From: Pseudobutyrivibrio sp.
Lineage (GTDB): Bacteria; Bacillota; Clostridia; Lachnospirales; Lachnospiraceae
Direction: 5' to 3' (one strand)
Assembly (NCBI RefSeq): GCF_017934625.1
Contig: NZ_JAGBJE010000118.1
Length of the DNA: 61,987 bases
The translations under genes were made by a program, and so were the position numbers. How positions within the stretch are numbered: the first letter of the stretch is position 1; every line of letters begins with the position of its first letter. This document shows positions 52,065 through 61,987 of this stretch, in pieces. Below the pieces are notes generated by a model, which did no database searches, was not told the origin of the DNA, and worked only from the letters and a program-made list of their open reading frames with translations.

Positions 52065-52799
52065 CTAAAGTACCTTTGAAAGAAAGTCTTGAAGTCTTTG
52101 ACTTTGTGGATGCTCGAAAATATCCGAAGGTGTTCCTTGTTCTTTGATTCCTTGTTCATCAAAGAAAAGCACTCTATCGGCCACCTCTCTTGCAAATCCC
52201 ATTTCATGTGTTACCACTACCATAGTCATGCCCTCATCTGCAAGCTCCTTCATTAGCGATAGAACCTCCTTTACCATCTCTGGATCAAGGGCACTGGTTG
52301 GTTCATCAAATAAGATAACCTCAGGATTCATCGCAAGTGTACGTGCTATGGCAATACGCTGCTTTTGGCCGCCTGACAAGCTATCCGGATAAGCATCTGC
52401 CTTATCACTAAGTCCAACTCTGTTTAACAGCTCAGCAGCCTTGGCATCTGCCTTGGCCTGAGACATAAGCCCAAGCTTAACTGGCGCAAGTGTAAGATTC
52501 TTCTTTATTGTAAGATGCGGAAATAGATTAAAATGCTGAAATACCATTCCAACTCTACGTCTCACGTCATCTATATCCACACTTTTTTTTGTAATATCCT
52601 CACCATCCAAATATATAGCGCCTTCTGTTAGCTCCTCAAGCTGATTTAGAGTTCTAATAAAGGTAGATTTGCCACATCCACTAGGGCCTATAATGGCTAT
52701 AACCTCTCCCTTTTCAATCTGCATATTTACATTCTTCAAAACCACATTTTCACCGAAGGATTTTGAAAGATTTTCTACTTTTATTAATACTTCCGCCAT
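52065..52799 (-). CDS. Polar amino acid ABC transporter ATP-binding protein (GlnQ-like)
   Basis: [22 protein letters not shown] and [11 protein letters not shown]. Confidence 0.95.
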   Translation of the reverse strand: MAEVLIKVENLSKSFGENVVLKNVNMQIEKGEVIAIIGPSGCGKSTFIRTLNQLEELTEGAIYLDGEDITKKSVDIDDVRRRVGMVFQHFNLFPHLTIKKNLTLAPVKLGLMSQAKADAKAAELLNRVGLSDKADAYPDSLSGGQKQRIAIARTLAMNPEVILFDEPTSALDPEMVKEVLSLMKELADEGMTMVVVTHEMGFAREVADRVLFFDEQGIKEQGTPSDIFEHPQSQRLQDFLSKVL

Positions 52800-52809
52800 A
52801 ATATCTCCT

Positions 52810-54312
52810 CTATTTCTCATTCTTTCTAAGCTTCATTTCAAGTTTTGAAACTCCCAAGTTAAGCACCTGCACAATAGCAAGATAAATAAGGGCAACTGCT
52901 ATCAGTGGAAGAAAAGCTTCATATGTAATACTTCTGATAATATCTCCACCACGTGTCAAATCCATAAGACCAATATAACCACAAATAGAAGTCTCCTTAA
53001 TAAGAGAAATAAATTCGTTAGCAAGTGAAGGTAACACAGTCTTAATTGCCTGTGGCAAAATGATAATAGTCATAGTCTGCTTGTAGTTAAGACCAAGACT
53101 TCGTCCTGCTTCCATCTGTCCATCATCCACTGACATAATTCCACCACGCATAATCTCTGCAACATAAGCACCTGAATTTATAGCAAAAGCTATGATAGCA
53201 ACTAATATCTTTGGTACATTGACAGCTTTAAAAACAACATAATAGATAATTAAAAGCTGAATCATGATAGGTGTACCTCTGATAATTGTAAGATAAAGCT
53301 TACAAATAGCGTTTAATAGCTTTAATCCGCCAGTCTTATCATAGGTAACGCGCACAATAGCTACTAAAAAGCCGATTATCATACCGGCAAGAACAGCACA
53401 AAGTGCGATAACAAGTGTGTTACCCAATCCCTTTAAAAGAAATGTCCATCTGTTATCATCAACAAAATTTCTCTTAAGATTTGCTACAAAACCAAGACTA
53501 TCTCCGGAAAGTGATTCATCCTTCACTATGATTGCCTGCATTGTTGTTACATATGAATCAGAGAAATTAATAGATTTAAGTCTCTCCTCTGTCATAGTCA
53601 TACCAGCAATACCAACATCTGCCTTATGAGACGATACTGCATTAATGATACTGTCAAACTCCATATCCTCAATTTCTACCTTGCGACCAATCTTATCTCC
53701 TATGGCAGTGATAAGCTCCATATCAATACCAACTATTTCACCATTTTCATAATACTCGTATGGTGGGAAGGCAGCATTTGTTGCAACAACAAGAGTACCA
53801 TTATCGTAGGTAGTGCCCTCTGGTGTTACATAAGGGCATGTCCCCTTTGTATCATCACCAATATAATTGGCAGTTATTTGTTCAACTACTCCTTCTTCCT
53901 TAAGCTCTACCAAAGCCGCATTCACTTCATCTAAAAGCTCATTATTATCCTTTGCAATGCAGATTGCATATTCCTCCTCTGTGAATGGCTCGTCTAAAAT
54001 AGTAAGAGTTGGTTCGTTTGCAGTACTGGCAATAGCAGGCTGCTCATCAACGATTACACAGTCTACCTTACCCTGCTTAAGAGCCTGAACAGCATCGGCA
54101 ATCTTGTTATATCTATCAACAGTTGTTCCTGCCTCATCTCCCTCGTAGTCTGATGCATATAAATCACCAACTGTACCAAGCTGCACCCCGATTCTAGACC
54201 CCTCTAAATCATCTGCAGATGTAATTTGTTTTGTTTCTGTAGCCTTATTCCCGCAGCCCACAAGCATTACTGTGGCGGCAAGAAGCATTAATGATAATAG
54301 TTTCTTCCTCAT
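52810..54312 (-). CDS. Polar amino acid ABC transporter: lipoprotein solute-binding domain (halves in permuted order) fused to a HisM/GlnP permease
   Basis: Lipobox LVGC; IGVQLGT half precedes the [11 protein letters not shown] half; permease motifs RGTP, AYVAEI.RGG and [10 protein letters not shown]. Confidence 0.92.
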   Translation of the reverse strand: MRKKLLSLMLLAATVMLVGCGNKATETKQITSADDLEGSRIGVQLGTVGDLYASDYEGDEAGTTVDRYNKIADAVQALKQGKVDCVIVDEQPAIASTANEPTLTILDEPFTEEEYAICIAKDNNELLDEVNAALVELKEEGVVEQITANYIGDDTKGTCPYVTPEGTTYDNGTLVVATNAAFPPYEYYENGEIVGIDMELITAIGDKIGRKVEIEDMEFDSIINAVSSHKADVGIAGMTMTEERLKSINFSDSYVTTMQAIIVKDESLSGDSLGFVANLKRNFVDDNRWTFLLKGLGNTLVIALCAVLAGMIIGFLVAIVRVTYDKTGGLKLLNAICKLYLTIIRGTPIMIQLLIIYYVVFKAVNVPKILVAIIAFAINSGAYVAEIMRGGIMSVDDGQMEAGRSLGLNYKQTMTIIILPQAIKTVLPSLANEFISLIKETSICGYIGLMDLTRGGDIIRSITYEAFLPLIAVALIYLAIVQVLNLGVSKLEMKLRKNEK

Positions 54313-54410
54313 GTATATTTATCCCTTTACTATGTATTTTTATACATTATATCACAATTTAATTATAAAAAAAGTACCTAATTAAACATAATCAGATACC
54401 TTCTTAATAT

Positions 54411-55157
54411 TTATTTGTTAGATTTTGCCAAACGTCTTACTCTTCTTACACTAGTTGATTTCTTAGTGCCTCTCCTTCTTGGGTTATGCGCCTTCCTGTA
54501 TTCAGCTATCTCAGCAAGCAATTTCTCGTAATCTCTTTCAAATAATAGTTCACTGACCTGGGCATTCAAATCCTCTTTATCAATTCTGGTTTCAGGTATA
54601 AAGGGCTCACATCCTTCTAGCTTTGCCGCCCTCTTAATTCTAGTAATTTCAGCCTGTGTAAGCGGAAGCTTTGTCCACTCCATAATAGTCTTTCTAATAA
54701 ACGACTTACTCTTACCAGGGTATTTAGGCATTTTGTAGCGTTCCTGTAAAAGCGCAAGCTCTGGTCGCCACAAAAGCTCCAGCTTTCTATTTAACTTCAT
54801 TTTCTTGTTAAGTACAGGTCTTCTCAAGAAATAAAAATCAGCCTTTTCATCCACCGCATCCACTGTAATAATTCCCCAATGCTCAGGAATATGTTCACCC
54901 ACATGATTAGCATGGCTTGTTCCAACTACCACTATATTGTAATCAAAGTATTTATCATAATCCTTTATCTGACTTTCTAATCTGACATAAGTATCTGCAT
55001 CAGATTTTATCTCAATTCCAACAAGTGCTCCAGTGATTACCATAATCACATCAGCCCTTGAGTTTCCCATCATCTTCTCTTCTATGATTCTGGTTTTTCC
55101 ATATTCACATTCGAGGAAATCAAACAAAGGCTCCCTTATATCTTTATCCTTTAACAT
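54411..55157 (-). CDS. sce7726-family protein (predicted PD-(D/E)XK nuclease fold)
   Basis: D.DIR..L, EE, SRADV, GIEIKSDADT..RL..Q...Y..YFD and WGI motifs recalled for this family. Confidence 0.75.
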   Translation of the reverse strand: MLKDKDIREPLFDFLECEYGKTRIIEEKMMGNSRADVIMVITGALVGIEIKSDADTYVRLESQIKDYDKYFDYNIVVVGTSHANHVGEHIPEHWGIITVDAVDEKADFYFLRRPVLNKKMKLNRKLELLWRPELALLQERYKMPKYPGKSKSFIRKTIMEWTKLPLTQAEITRIKRAAKLEGCEPFIPETRIDKEDLNAQVSELLFERDYEKLLAEIAEYRKAHNPRRRGTKKSTSVRRVRRLAKSNK

Positions 55158-55173
55158 AGCTGCTCCAATAGAT

Positions 55174-55989
55174 TTAATTCATGGAATCTATCTTAGCAAG
55201 TATTGCTTCATAAGATTCGCCACCATTTTCCAGTCCAGGTGTAACACTATTAGTATCAATGTATTTTAAAAGATTTTCGTCATATTCATCCTGACTAGAA
55301 AGCTCTTCTCCATTTATCTCCCAATAAGAAATAATAGGATTGCCATTTTCATCAAAGCTATCCTCTGCCCAAATATCCATTGGTCTGCAGGTTCCATAGG
55401 CTATTTGAACCCAAAATCCATCTTTAATAGCCACTACATAATCATTTAATGCAGAATCAGCAACAATGTTTTCATGGGCAATCACATTATTTACACCCTT
55501 TATGTACTGAATATCCAGCAACTGACTTGAAAAAATATTAACTGTAGAGCCTGTAAATGTAGCAATTGCAACCTGGTCATCGTAGGTTTTATAAACAAGC
55601 TCAGGAATTTCATCCCCATCAACATAAATTAAAGCATAGCTATGTTCATATCCATCGTTGTTACAATCCTCAATCAAAGCCTTGTAGCCTTCCTGCCAGC
55701 TTTCGAACTCTGTGACCTCAGCATCCCCCTGTCTCATGTAAGATGCACCAATTCTATCACCTATCTCAAAAGCTTCGTTATATTCATCTGAGTGACTTGC
55801 ATTTTCAACAACTTCTATCTTTACATCATCATAGTTTTCTTCCTCTTCATCAACAGCTTCCTCTTTAACATCCTTAGAACTATCCGTAAGAGACTTTGGT
55901 CCATTGTCCCTTGCCTGCTCTAAACCACAACCTGAACATACACCAGAAATTGTAAATATTAAAACTAATGATAAAATTCTTTTTTTCAT
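55174..55989 (-). CDS. Acidic lipoprotein of unknown function
   Basis: MKKRIL signal peptide with CSGC lipobox; YVDGDEIPEL calcium-loop-like motif. Confidence 0.7.
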   Translation of the reverse strand: MKKRILSLVLIFTISGVCSGCGLEQARDNGPKSLTDSSKDVKEEAVDEEEENYDDVKIEVVENASHSDEYNEAFEIGDRIGASYMRQGDAEVTEFESWQEGYKALIEDCNNDGYEHSYALIYVDGDEIPELVYKTYDDQVAIATFTGSTVNIFSSQLLDIQYIKGVNNVIAHENIVADSALNDYVVAIKDGFWVQIAYGTCRPMDIWAEDSFDENGNPIISYWEINGEELSSQDEYDENLLKYIDTNSVTPGLENGGESYEAILAKIDSMN

Positions 55990-56071
55990 ATTGCCTCCTA
56001 AAAAATCATCTCCTTTATCATTATACAAGATTTAATAAAAAAATCGCAGTCTAATTCTTTCTAAAAAAAAC

Positions 56072-56101
56072 AAAACGACCTAGGCAAATGCCTAGGCCGT
56101 T
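56072..56101 (-). terminator. Intrinsic terminator of eno
   Basis: AACGGCCTAGGCA-TT-TGCCTAGGTCGTT followed by T runs on the minus strand. Confidence 0.8.
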
Positions 56102-56132
56102 AGATATTTTAAGGAAATTTGTAAATAATAAA

Positions 56133-57434
<1,302 letters not shown>

Positions 57435-57656
57435 TTACTTCCTCCTTCTTAAATTAGGGAACTCCCTTAATTGGTAGCAACAATATAGGAGTTCCACAAT
57501 GATTTACACATGTTAGCGTTAGCTAACCGTAAGTAGATTAACAGAACCATGTAAAATCGTCAAGAAGTTTAGATGAATTCTCTTTAAAATTTTTGAATCC
57601 ACATCGAGCTGAATAAAAATAAAAGCTAGACCATTTGGTCTAGCTTTTATTTTTAG

Positions 57657-57757
57657 TAGCGAGAGGGGGATTCGATTCTCGCCTGCCGGCTCGGTCGGCT
57701 CGCAACCATGTGGTCCACTGGACCACGCTCGCCCCTCGACATCGCGGGAGCCCCGCG
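57657..57757 (-). pseudogene. Degenerate tRNA-Met 3' half with a 57-nt structured insert replacing T54
   Basis: Minus strand: CCCGCGATGTCGAGGG-[57 nt]-TCGAATCCCCCTCTCGCTA, versus intact CCCGCGGTGTCGAGGG-T-TCGAATCCCCCTCTCGCTA. Confidence 0.75.
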
Positions 57758-57789
57758 GTTTGATTGAGTTAAATCCACATCGAGCTGAA

Positions 57790-57830
57790 TAAAAATAAAA
57801 GCTAGACCATTTGGTCTAGCTTTTATTTTT
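57790..57830. terminator. Terminator of the tRNA-Val/tRNA-Met operon (second copy at about 57615-57654)
   Basis: AAAAATAAAAGCTAGACCA-TT-TGGTCTAGCTTTTATTTTT. Confidence 0.85.
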
Positions 57831-57833
57831 TAG

Positions 57834-57907
57834 TAGCGAGAGGGGGATTCGAACCCTCGACACCGCGGGTATGAACCGCGTGCTCTAGCCAACTGAGCTA
57901 TCTCGCC
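57834..57907 (-). tRNA. tRNA-Met (CAT), elongator type
   Basis: GGCGAGATAGCTCAGTTGGCTAGAGCACGCGGTTCATACCCGCGGTGTCGAGGGTTCGAATCCCCCTCTCGCTA; paired G1 and no initiator GGG/CCC anticodon stem. Confidence 0.93.
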
Positions 57908-57932
57908 ATAGTGACAATTATTTGATTTAAAA

Positions 57933-58005
57933 TGGGACCTACAGGGCTCGAACCTGTGACCCTCTGCTTGTAAGGCAGATGCTCTCCCAGCTGAGCTAAG
58001 ATCCC
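57933..58005 (-). tRNA. tRNA-Val (TAC)
   Basis: GGGATCTTAGCTCAGCTGGGAGAGCATCTGCCTTACAAGCAGAGGGTCACAGGTTCGAGCCCTGTAGGTCCCA. Confidence 0.96.
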
Positions 58006-58047
58006 AGAGCTTTTCGCGATTTGTGTACCGCTTCAAGCGACTTGTAT

Positions 58048-58076
58048 AATATAGCATTGGATTAAGAGAATGTCAA
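58048..58076 (-). promoter_or_regulatory. SigA promoter of the tRNA operon
   Basis: TTGACA-N17-TATATT with an extended -10 TG. Confidence 0.65.
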
Positions 58077-58143
58077 CTCAAAAATAAATATTCGCAATAC
58101 TTTTTTTCTGCGCATTAATTTGCTGAAACTTCCATTCCTTCAC

Positions 58144-58171
58144 TTACGCCTTGCCTCTTAACAAGGCGTAA
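58144..58171 (-). terminator. Hairpin after the GH9 gene
   Basis: TTACGCCTTG-N8-CAAGGCGTAA; no U tract. Confidence 0.5.
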
Positions 58172-58198
58172 ATTGAAAGAATAAATGTTATCTATTTT

Positions 58199-59833
58199 TT
58201 ACAGCAAACCAGCTAGTACAAATACTAAAGGTGAGTTCCAATAAATGGTAATCTCATTTAATGAGTAACAATCCACATGATCTATATAACATTTCATAGG
58301 TGGTGTATTCTTAGAAAGCTTACTTGCTCTCTCATCCTGTAAGCCTGTGTTAGGGCCTCCAGATACCAGCCCTGGCCATGCATCTAATTTAGCTGCAAAG
58401 GTTGGACGAAGGTGAGGATTTTTAAATGCTTTTTCACCATTTCCTGTAACATAGCTTACGTCCATACTGTTACAGCCAAGTAAATAATCAAGACCGGCTG
58501 TTATCGTATTTGCGTATTTATCATTAGGCTCTAATACATTTGCAACTGTAAGCACCATAAGGTACTTTAACAATTCCATATTGCTACCCCAGATAAAGTT
58601 TTCCTTTTTCATGCATAAGCCAAATCCATTAGCGGTCCCATTACTAACAAGCCTATCAGCTTCATGCAAAATGGCGGCTTTCGCAAACGTGTAAAGCTCA
58701 CTTTCATCATCCTGTAAAATAAGGGATAGGACTCCAAGTCCTGCAACATCAGCCCAGCCGAGACAGGTGAAAATATCCCCTGTGTACTCCTTAAATGCAT
58801 CACTCTTATCATAATTTTCTATGAATGGCTTTTGCTTTAGAGCATCTTCATAATACTTCTTTTCTCCTGTGGCTTCGTAAAGAGAAGCTGCTGCCCAAAA
58901 TCGGTTAGAATAATCCTCATTTTCTGGATATTCCCCAGTGTTAGACCCATCAGCATTTTTAAATAATACAGCTTCACTGTGATCTTCTAGCCATTTATAT
59001 GCCTTCAAAGACCTATTAAGAAGCTTATCAGCATATTCCTTATCCACTATTCTATAAACGGTATAGGCCAAGGCAAATACAGCTGCAATATCTGCTGTTG
59101 CCAAAGATGATACATTAAACAAAAACAGTTCCTCCTCATCTTCCTCTGGCATGATAAATGGTGCATGACTAAATGTAGTAACCTTGTGCCATACACTTCC
59201 ATCCTCTCTTTGCATTTTCATCAAAAAATCAAGTTCCACCTTTACTTCAGCCAAGATATCCGGTAGAACTCCTTTTTCACAGCTAACCTTCGGAATATCA
59301 AATTCTACATCAAGAAGCATTGGAAAGAATCTAACACCATAAAGTAAATGTGCTACAGCAACAGCCCCTGCAGTAGAATATCTACCAAAATCACCTGCAT
59401 CATGCCAGCCACCACAAACATCTACAGGGAAAGCATCCTCCCCGTAAACAGTTGCCTTCGTAAGATGACATGGCTCATGAAAATATTTACCAGCGTACTT
59501 TTTATCCATTCCATGTCCACAGCGAAGATAGTAAAAGCATTTGCAAACATCCTTCATAAGCTTATCAAATGCATTGTCTCCAACAAAAAAAGATGCACTA
59601 GAAACATCACCGGCAAGGATTTTGTATGTGCCCTGATTTGTAACCTGCGTAAAATCTGCTACATAAGTGTCCTCTCCTGAAATTTCATCTGTACCAAAAT
59701 GGCTTACCTCACCTTTAAACACAGGATTTCCATTTGCATCAATTACCTGAAATTCTTCGGCTTTAAAATTAAGCACAGCCTTCTTTTTTGAGTCAGGCAT
59801 AAACCCAACTTGATTAACAAATATTTTGTTCAT
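58199..59833 (-). CDS. Glycoside hydrolase family 9 with N-terminal Ig-like domain and no signal peptide (cellodextrinase/endoglucanase-like)
   Basis: VNQVGF, GGWHDAGD, NPHLRP and D....YSLNEITIYWNS motifs. Confidence 0.92.
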   Translation of the reverse strand: MNKIFVNQVGFMPDSKKKAVLNFKAEEFQVIDANGNPVFKGEVSHFGTDEISGEDTYVADFTQVTNQGTYKILAGDVSSASFFVGDNAFDKLMKDVCKCFYYLRCGHGMDKKYAGKYFHEPCHLTKATVYGEDAFPVDVCGGWHDAGDFGRYSTAGAVAVAHLLYGVRFFPMLLDVEFDIPKVSCEKGVLPDILAEVKVELDFLMKMQREDGSVWHKVTTFSHAPFIMPEEDEEELFLFNVSSLATADIAAVFALAYTVYRIVDKEYADKLLNRSLKAYKWLEDHSEAVLFKNADGSNTGEYPENEDYSNRFWAAASLYEATGEKKYYEDALKQKPFIENYDKSDAFKEYTGDIFTCLGWADVAGLGVLSLILQDDESELYTFAKAAILHEADRLVSNGTANGFGLCMKKENFIWGSNMELLKYLMVLTVANVLEPNDKYANTITAGLDYLLGCNSMDVSYVTGNGEKAFKNPHLRPTFAAKLDAWPGLVSGGPNTGLQDERASKLSKNTPPMKCYIDHVDCYSLNEITIYWNSPLVFVLAGLL

Positions 59834-59853
59834 TTTATTCCCCCATTTTATTT

Positions 59854-60897
59854 TTACGCCTTAATTGCCCAGCGCATTTTTGTAGATTTACTTCTTGGAT
59901 TTATTCTGCATTCCTCGGCAGATGGTCTTATAACATCTGTAGAAACCTCAGAATATACCCCAAGCTTTGCCAATTCCTTAAATGATTTTTTTACTAATCT
60001 ATCCTCTCCTGAGTGGAAAGTAAGTATTGCCACTCTTCCACCTGGCTTAAGCACACCTGGAAGCTTTTCCAGAAATGAATACAATACTTCGAATTCACTG
60101 TTAACGTCTATACGAAGCGCCTGGAAAACTCTGGCACAGGATTTCTTAATAGCCTGGTCCTTCTCATCCTTTGGCACCTTCCATAGAGCCTCTGATATAG
60201 CCTCTCTAAGGGCTGTTGTAGTATCCATAGGATTTCCCTTAGACATAAGAGTAAACACCTTGTGAGCGATTTCTTCTGCGTAAGGTTCATCAGAATTCTC
60301 AATCATCATTCCAACAAACTCTTCCTCTGTAATATTGTGAAGACGCTCAGCTGCACTGTCACCATGGTTGGGGTCTAAACGCAAATCCAACGGGCCGTCA
60401 ATCTTATAAGAAAATCCACGTTCAGGATTATCTATTTGCATAGAAGATACACCAAGGTCGGCTAAGACAAAATCAAATTTTCCTGCCTCCTCAGCCACCT
60501 TATCAATGTTAGCAAAATTTATTAGTCTAAACTGAAAAATATCTTCGTCAAATCCGAATCCCCTAAGCCTTTCTACAGTCTTAGCAGATTCTATAGGGTC
60601 AACATCCAGTCCGTATATACAGCCCTGGCCCTGGAGCTGCTCTAGCATCTTTCTGGTATGACCACCATACCCAAGTGTACAGTCTAACCCTTGCTGTCCC
60701 GGCTGTATCTTAAGAAAATCCAGAATCTCCTGCACCATAATAGAAATATGCATTCCAGCTGGTGTAGAGCCCTTTGCAATAACATGCTCTATAGTGTCAG
60801 CATATTTTAAAGGATTATGCTCCTTATATTTTTCTTCGAACTTCTTTGGATACTTTCCAGAGTAATGTATTCTTCTTTTATGTTTCTTTTCTTCCAT
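59854..60897 (-). CDS. rsmH: 16S rRNA m4C1402 methyltransferase RsmH-family protein with N-terminal extension
   Basis: DCTLGYGGH, ADLGVSSMQID..ERGFS, FQALRI.VN.E and TFHSGEDRLVK motifs. Confidence 0.88.
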   Translation of the reverse strand: MEEKKHKRRIHYSGKYPKKFEEKYKEHNPLKYADTIEHVIAKGSTPAGMHISIMVQEILDFLKIQPGQQGLDCTLGYGGHTRKMLEQLQGQGCIYGLDVDPIESAKTVERLRGFGFDEDIFQFRLINFANIDKVAEEAGKFDFVLADLGVSSMQIDNPERGFSYKIDGPLDLRLDPNHGDSAAERLHNITEEEFVGMMIENSDEPYAEEIAHKVFTLMSKGNPMDTTTALREAISEALWKVPKDEKDQAIKKSCARVFQALRIDVNSEFEVLYSFLEKLPGVLKPGGRVAILTFHSGEDRLVKKSFKELAKLGVYSEVSTDVIRPSAEECRINPRSKSTKMRWAIKA

Positions 60898-60903
60898 AAT
60901 CAC

Positions 60904-61987
60904 CTAACCAAAATTCTTTAATAGATTAGCAACAAGCTTTACGCAATCTGCTGCATCTGCTGAATAGCCGTCAGCATTAATCTCGTCCTTAAATGACTCA
61001 TTGATGCAAGCGCCACCAATGATAATCTGAGCTCTACAGCCCTTTTCCTTGGCAAGCTTAACCACATCATCCATACGCATCATTGTAGTAGTCATTAGTG
61101 CGGACAAGCCGATGATATCAGCATCCACTTCAACTGCCTTATCTATAATCTCTGCAGCCGGTACATCCTTGCCTAAATCAATAACATTATAGCCATAATT
61201 TTTAAGCATCAATGCAACCAGATTCTTTCCAATATCGTGAATATCACCTTCCACTGTTGCAATTACAATAGTGCCCTTGGACTCAGAATCCTCTGATGCA
61301 AGCAGTGGTTCAATGTGCTTCATGCCTATTTCCATAGCATTGGCGCCAGCTATAAGCTGAGGCAGGAAATACTTCTTTTTATCGTACAAATCTCCTACCA
61401 CATTGATTCCCTTTATAAGATGCTCCTCTATAATCACCTGAGGGTCCACACCGCTATCAAGCAGGCTTTGAATCTCGGTAACAATCTGTTCCTTCTTTCC
61501 CTTTACCACGCATTCTGCCACTGGACTTAGTTCAACTCCAGCATCCCCACCTGCTTCCTTGGCACCAGGCTTACTACCTGCGGCAGCGCCTACAGCCTGC
61601 TCCACTACAGGAAGTGATGCATATTTTTCCAGTGCCCCTGGCTTATTCATAAGTGTATCTGCCGCTGCAGCACAATACATAAGCATCTGCTGACTAGGGT
61701 TTGCAATAGCCATGGTAAGTCCCTTGCTAACTGCGATAGTAAGATATGTGGTATTTACAAAAGGACGATTTGGCATACCAAATGATATATTAGAAAGTCC
61801 ACATACAGTTGGAAGGCCCAGCTCATTTTTACAGTATTCTATTGTTTCAAAGCATTGAAGACCTGCAGTGCCCTCTGCACCTACTGTCTGTACCAACACA
61901 TCTACAACAGCATCCTCCTTGCGAAGGCCCATACTCTCAGCTGCTGTAAGAACAGTATTAATGTGCTGCTTCTTTTCATTAATATCC
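60904..61987 (-). CDS. metH: 3' part of a cobalamin-dependent methyltransferase (MetH-like: pterin-binding plus B12-binding domains); runs off the window end
   Basis: GLSNISFG, B12 cap FLPQL, GDIHDIGKNLV and GLSALMTTT; frame is open to the window end. Confidence 0.85.
   Translation of the reverse strand, partial: DINEKKQHINTVLTAAESMGLRKEDAVVDVLVQTVGAEGTAGLQCFETIEYCKNELGLPTVCGLSNISFGMPNRPFVNTTYLTIAVSKGLTMAIANPSQQMLMYCAAAADTLMNKPGALEKYASLPVVEQAVGAAAGSKPGAKEAGGDAGVELSPVAECVVKGKKEQIVTEIQSLLDSGVDPQVIIEEHLIKGINVVGDLYDKKKYFLPQLIAGANAMEIGMKHIEPLLASEDSESKGTIVIATVEGDIHDIGKNLVALMLKNYGYNVIDLGKDVPAAEIIDKAVEVDADIIGLSALMTTTMMRMDDVVKLAKEKGCRAQIIIGGACINESFKDEINADGYSADAADCVKLVANLLKNFG

Larger units (their letters stand above)
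57596..57852. repeat. Direct repeat of about 80 bp (57596-57675 and 57772-57852) containing the tRNA-Met 3' end, a terminator and downstream sequence
   Basis: AATCCACATCGAGCTGAATAAAAATAAAAGCTAGACCATTTGGTCTAGCTTTTATTTTT(T)AGTAGCGAGAGGGGGATTCGA occurs twice, 176 bp apart. Confidence 0.92.

Noticed and set aside
57596-57852. Integrated prophage/ICE at tRNA-Met, or a CRISPR array
   Set aside because: Only about 100 bp separate the two repeats, with no integrase or cas gene; two 80-bp copies derived from a tRNA and terminator do not fit CRISPR.

Overview
AT-rich chromosomal segment from a Lachnospiraceae-like Firmicute. The gene content and codon style suggest a rumen Pseudobutyrivibrio/Butyrivibrio-type organism, which is an inference. 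Most genes lie on the minus strand and are core: ligA, rny, recX-recA (with a LexA box), prfC, rpsU, alaS, folD-fchA, alr, eno, an rsmH paralogue and the end of a metH-like gene. Three tRNAs are present: Arg-CCG, elongator Met-CAT and Val-TAC. I found no integrase, transposase, prophage or CRISPR array. The features most worth following up are: (1) a five-gene operon of TetR, GH2 beta-galactosidase, an uncharacterised UgtP/MGDG-synthase-like GT-B protein, a MelB-type permease and GH36 alpha-galactosidase. Its candidate operator (AAACTA-N15-GTTT) recurs upstream of a nearby DUF5692-like membrane-protein gene next to a diacylglycerol-kinase-family gene, suggesting a galactolipid (MGDG/DGDG) or galactosylglycerol system. 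(2) A dispersed set of about 60-140 nt structured palindromic elements, including a 120-bp four-hairpin insert flanked by 4-bp direct repeats that rewrites the alaS C-terminus, and a 57-nt insert in the T-loop of a duplicated tRNA-Met 3' half. (3) Two tandem divergent LeuD/LeuC pairs. (4) A circularly permuted amino-acid-binding domain fused to its permease. (5) A membrane diguanylate cyclase interrupted by one in-frame TAG. (6) Several small ORFs below the ORF-track cutoff.
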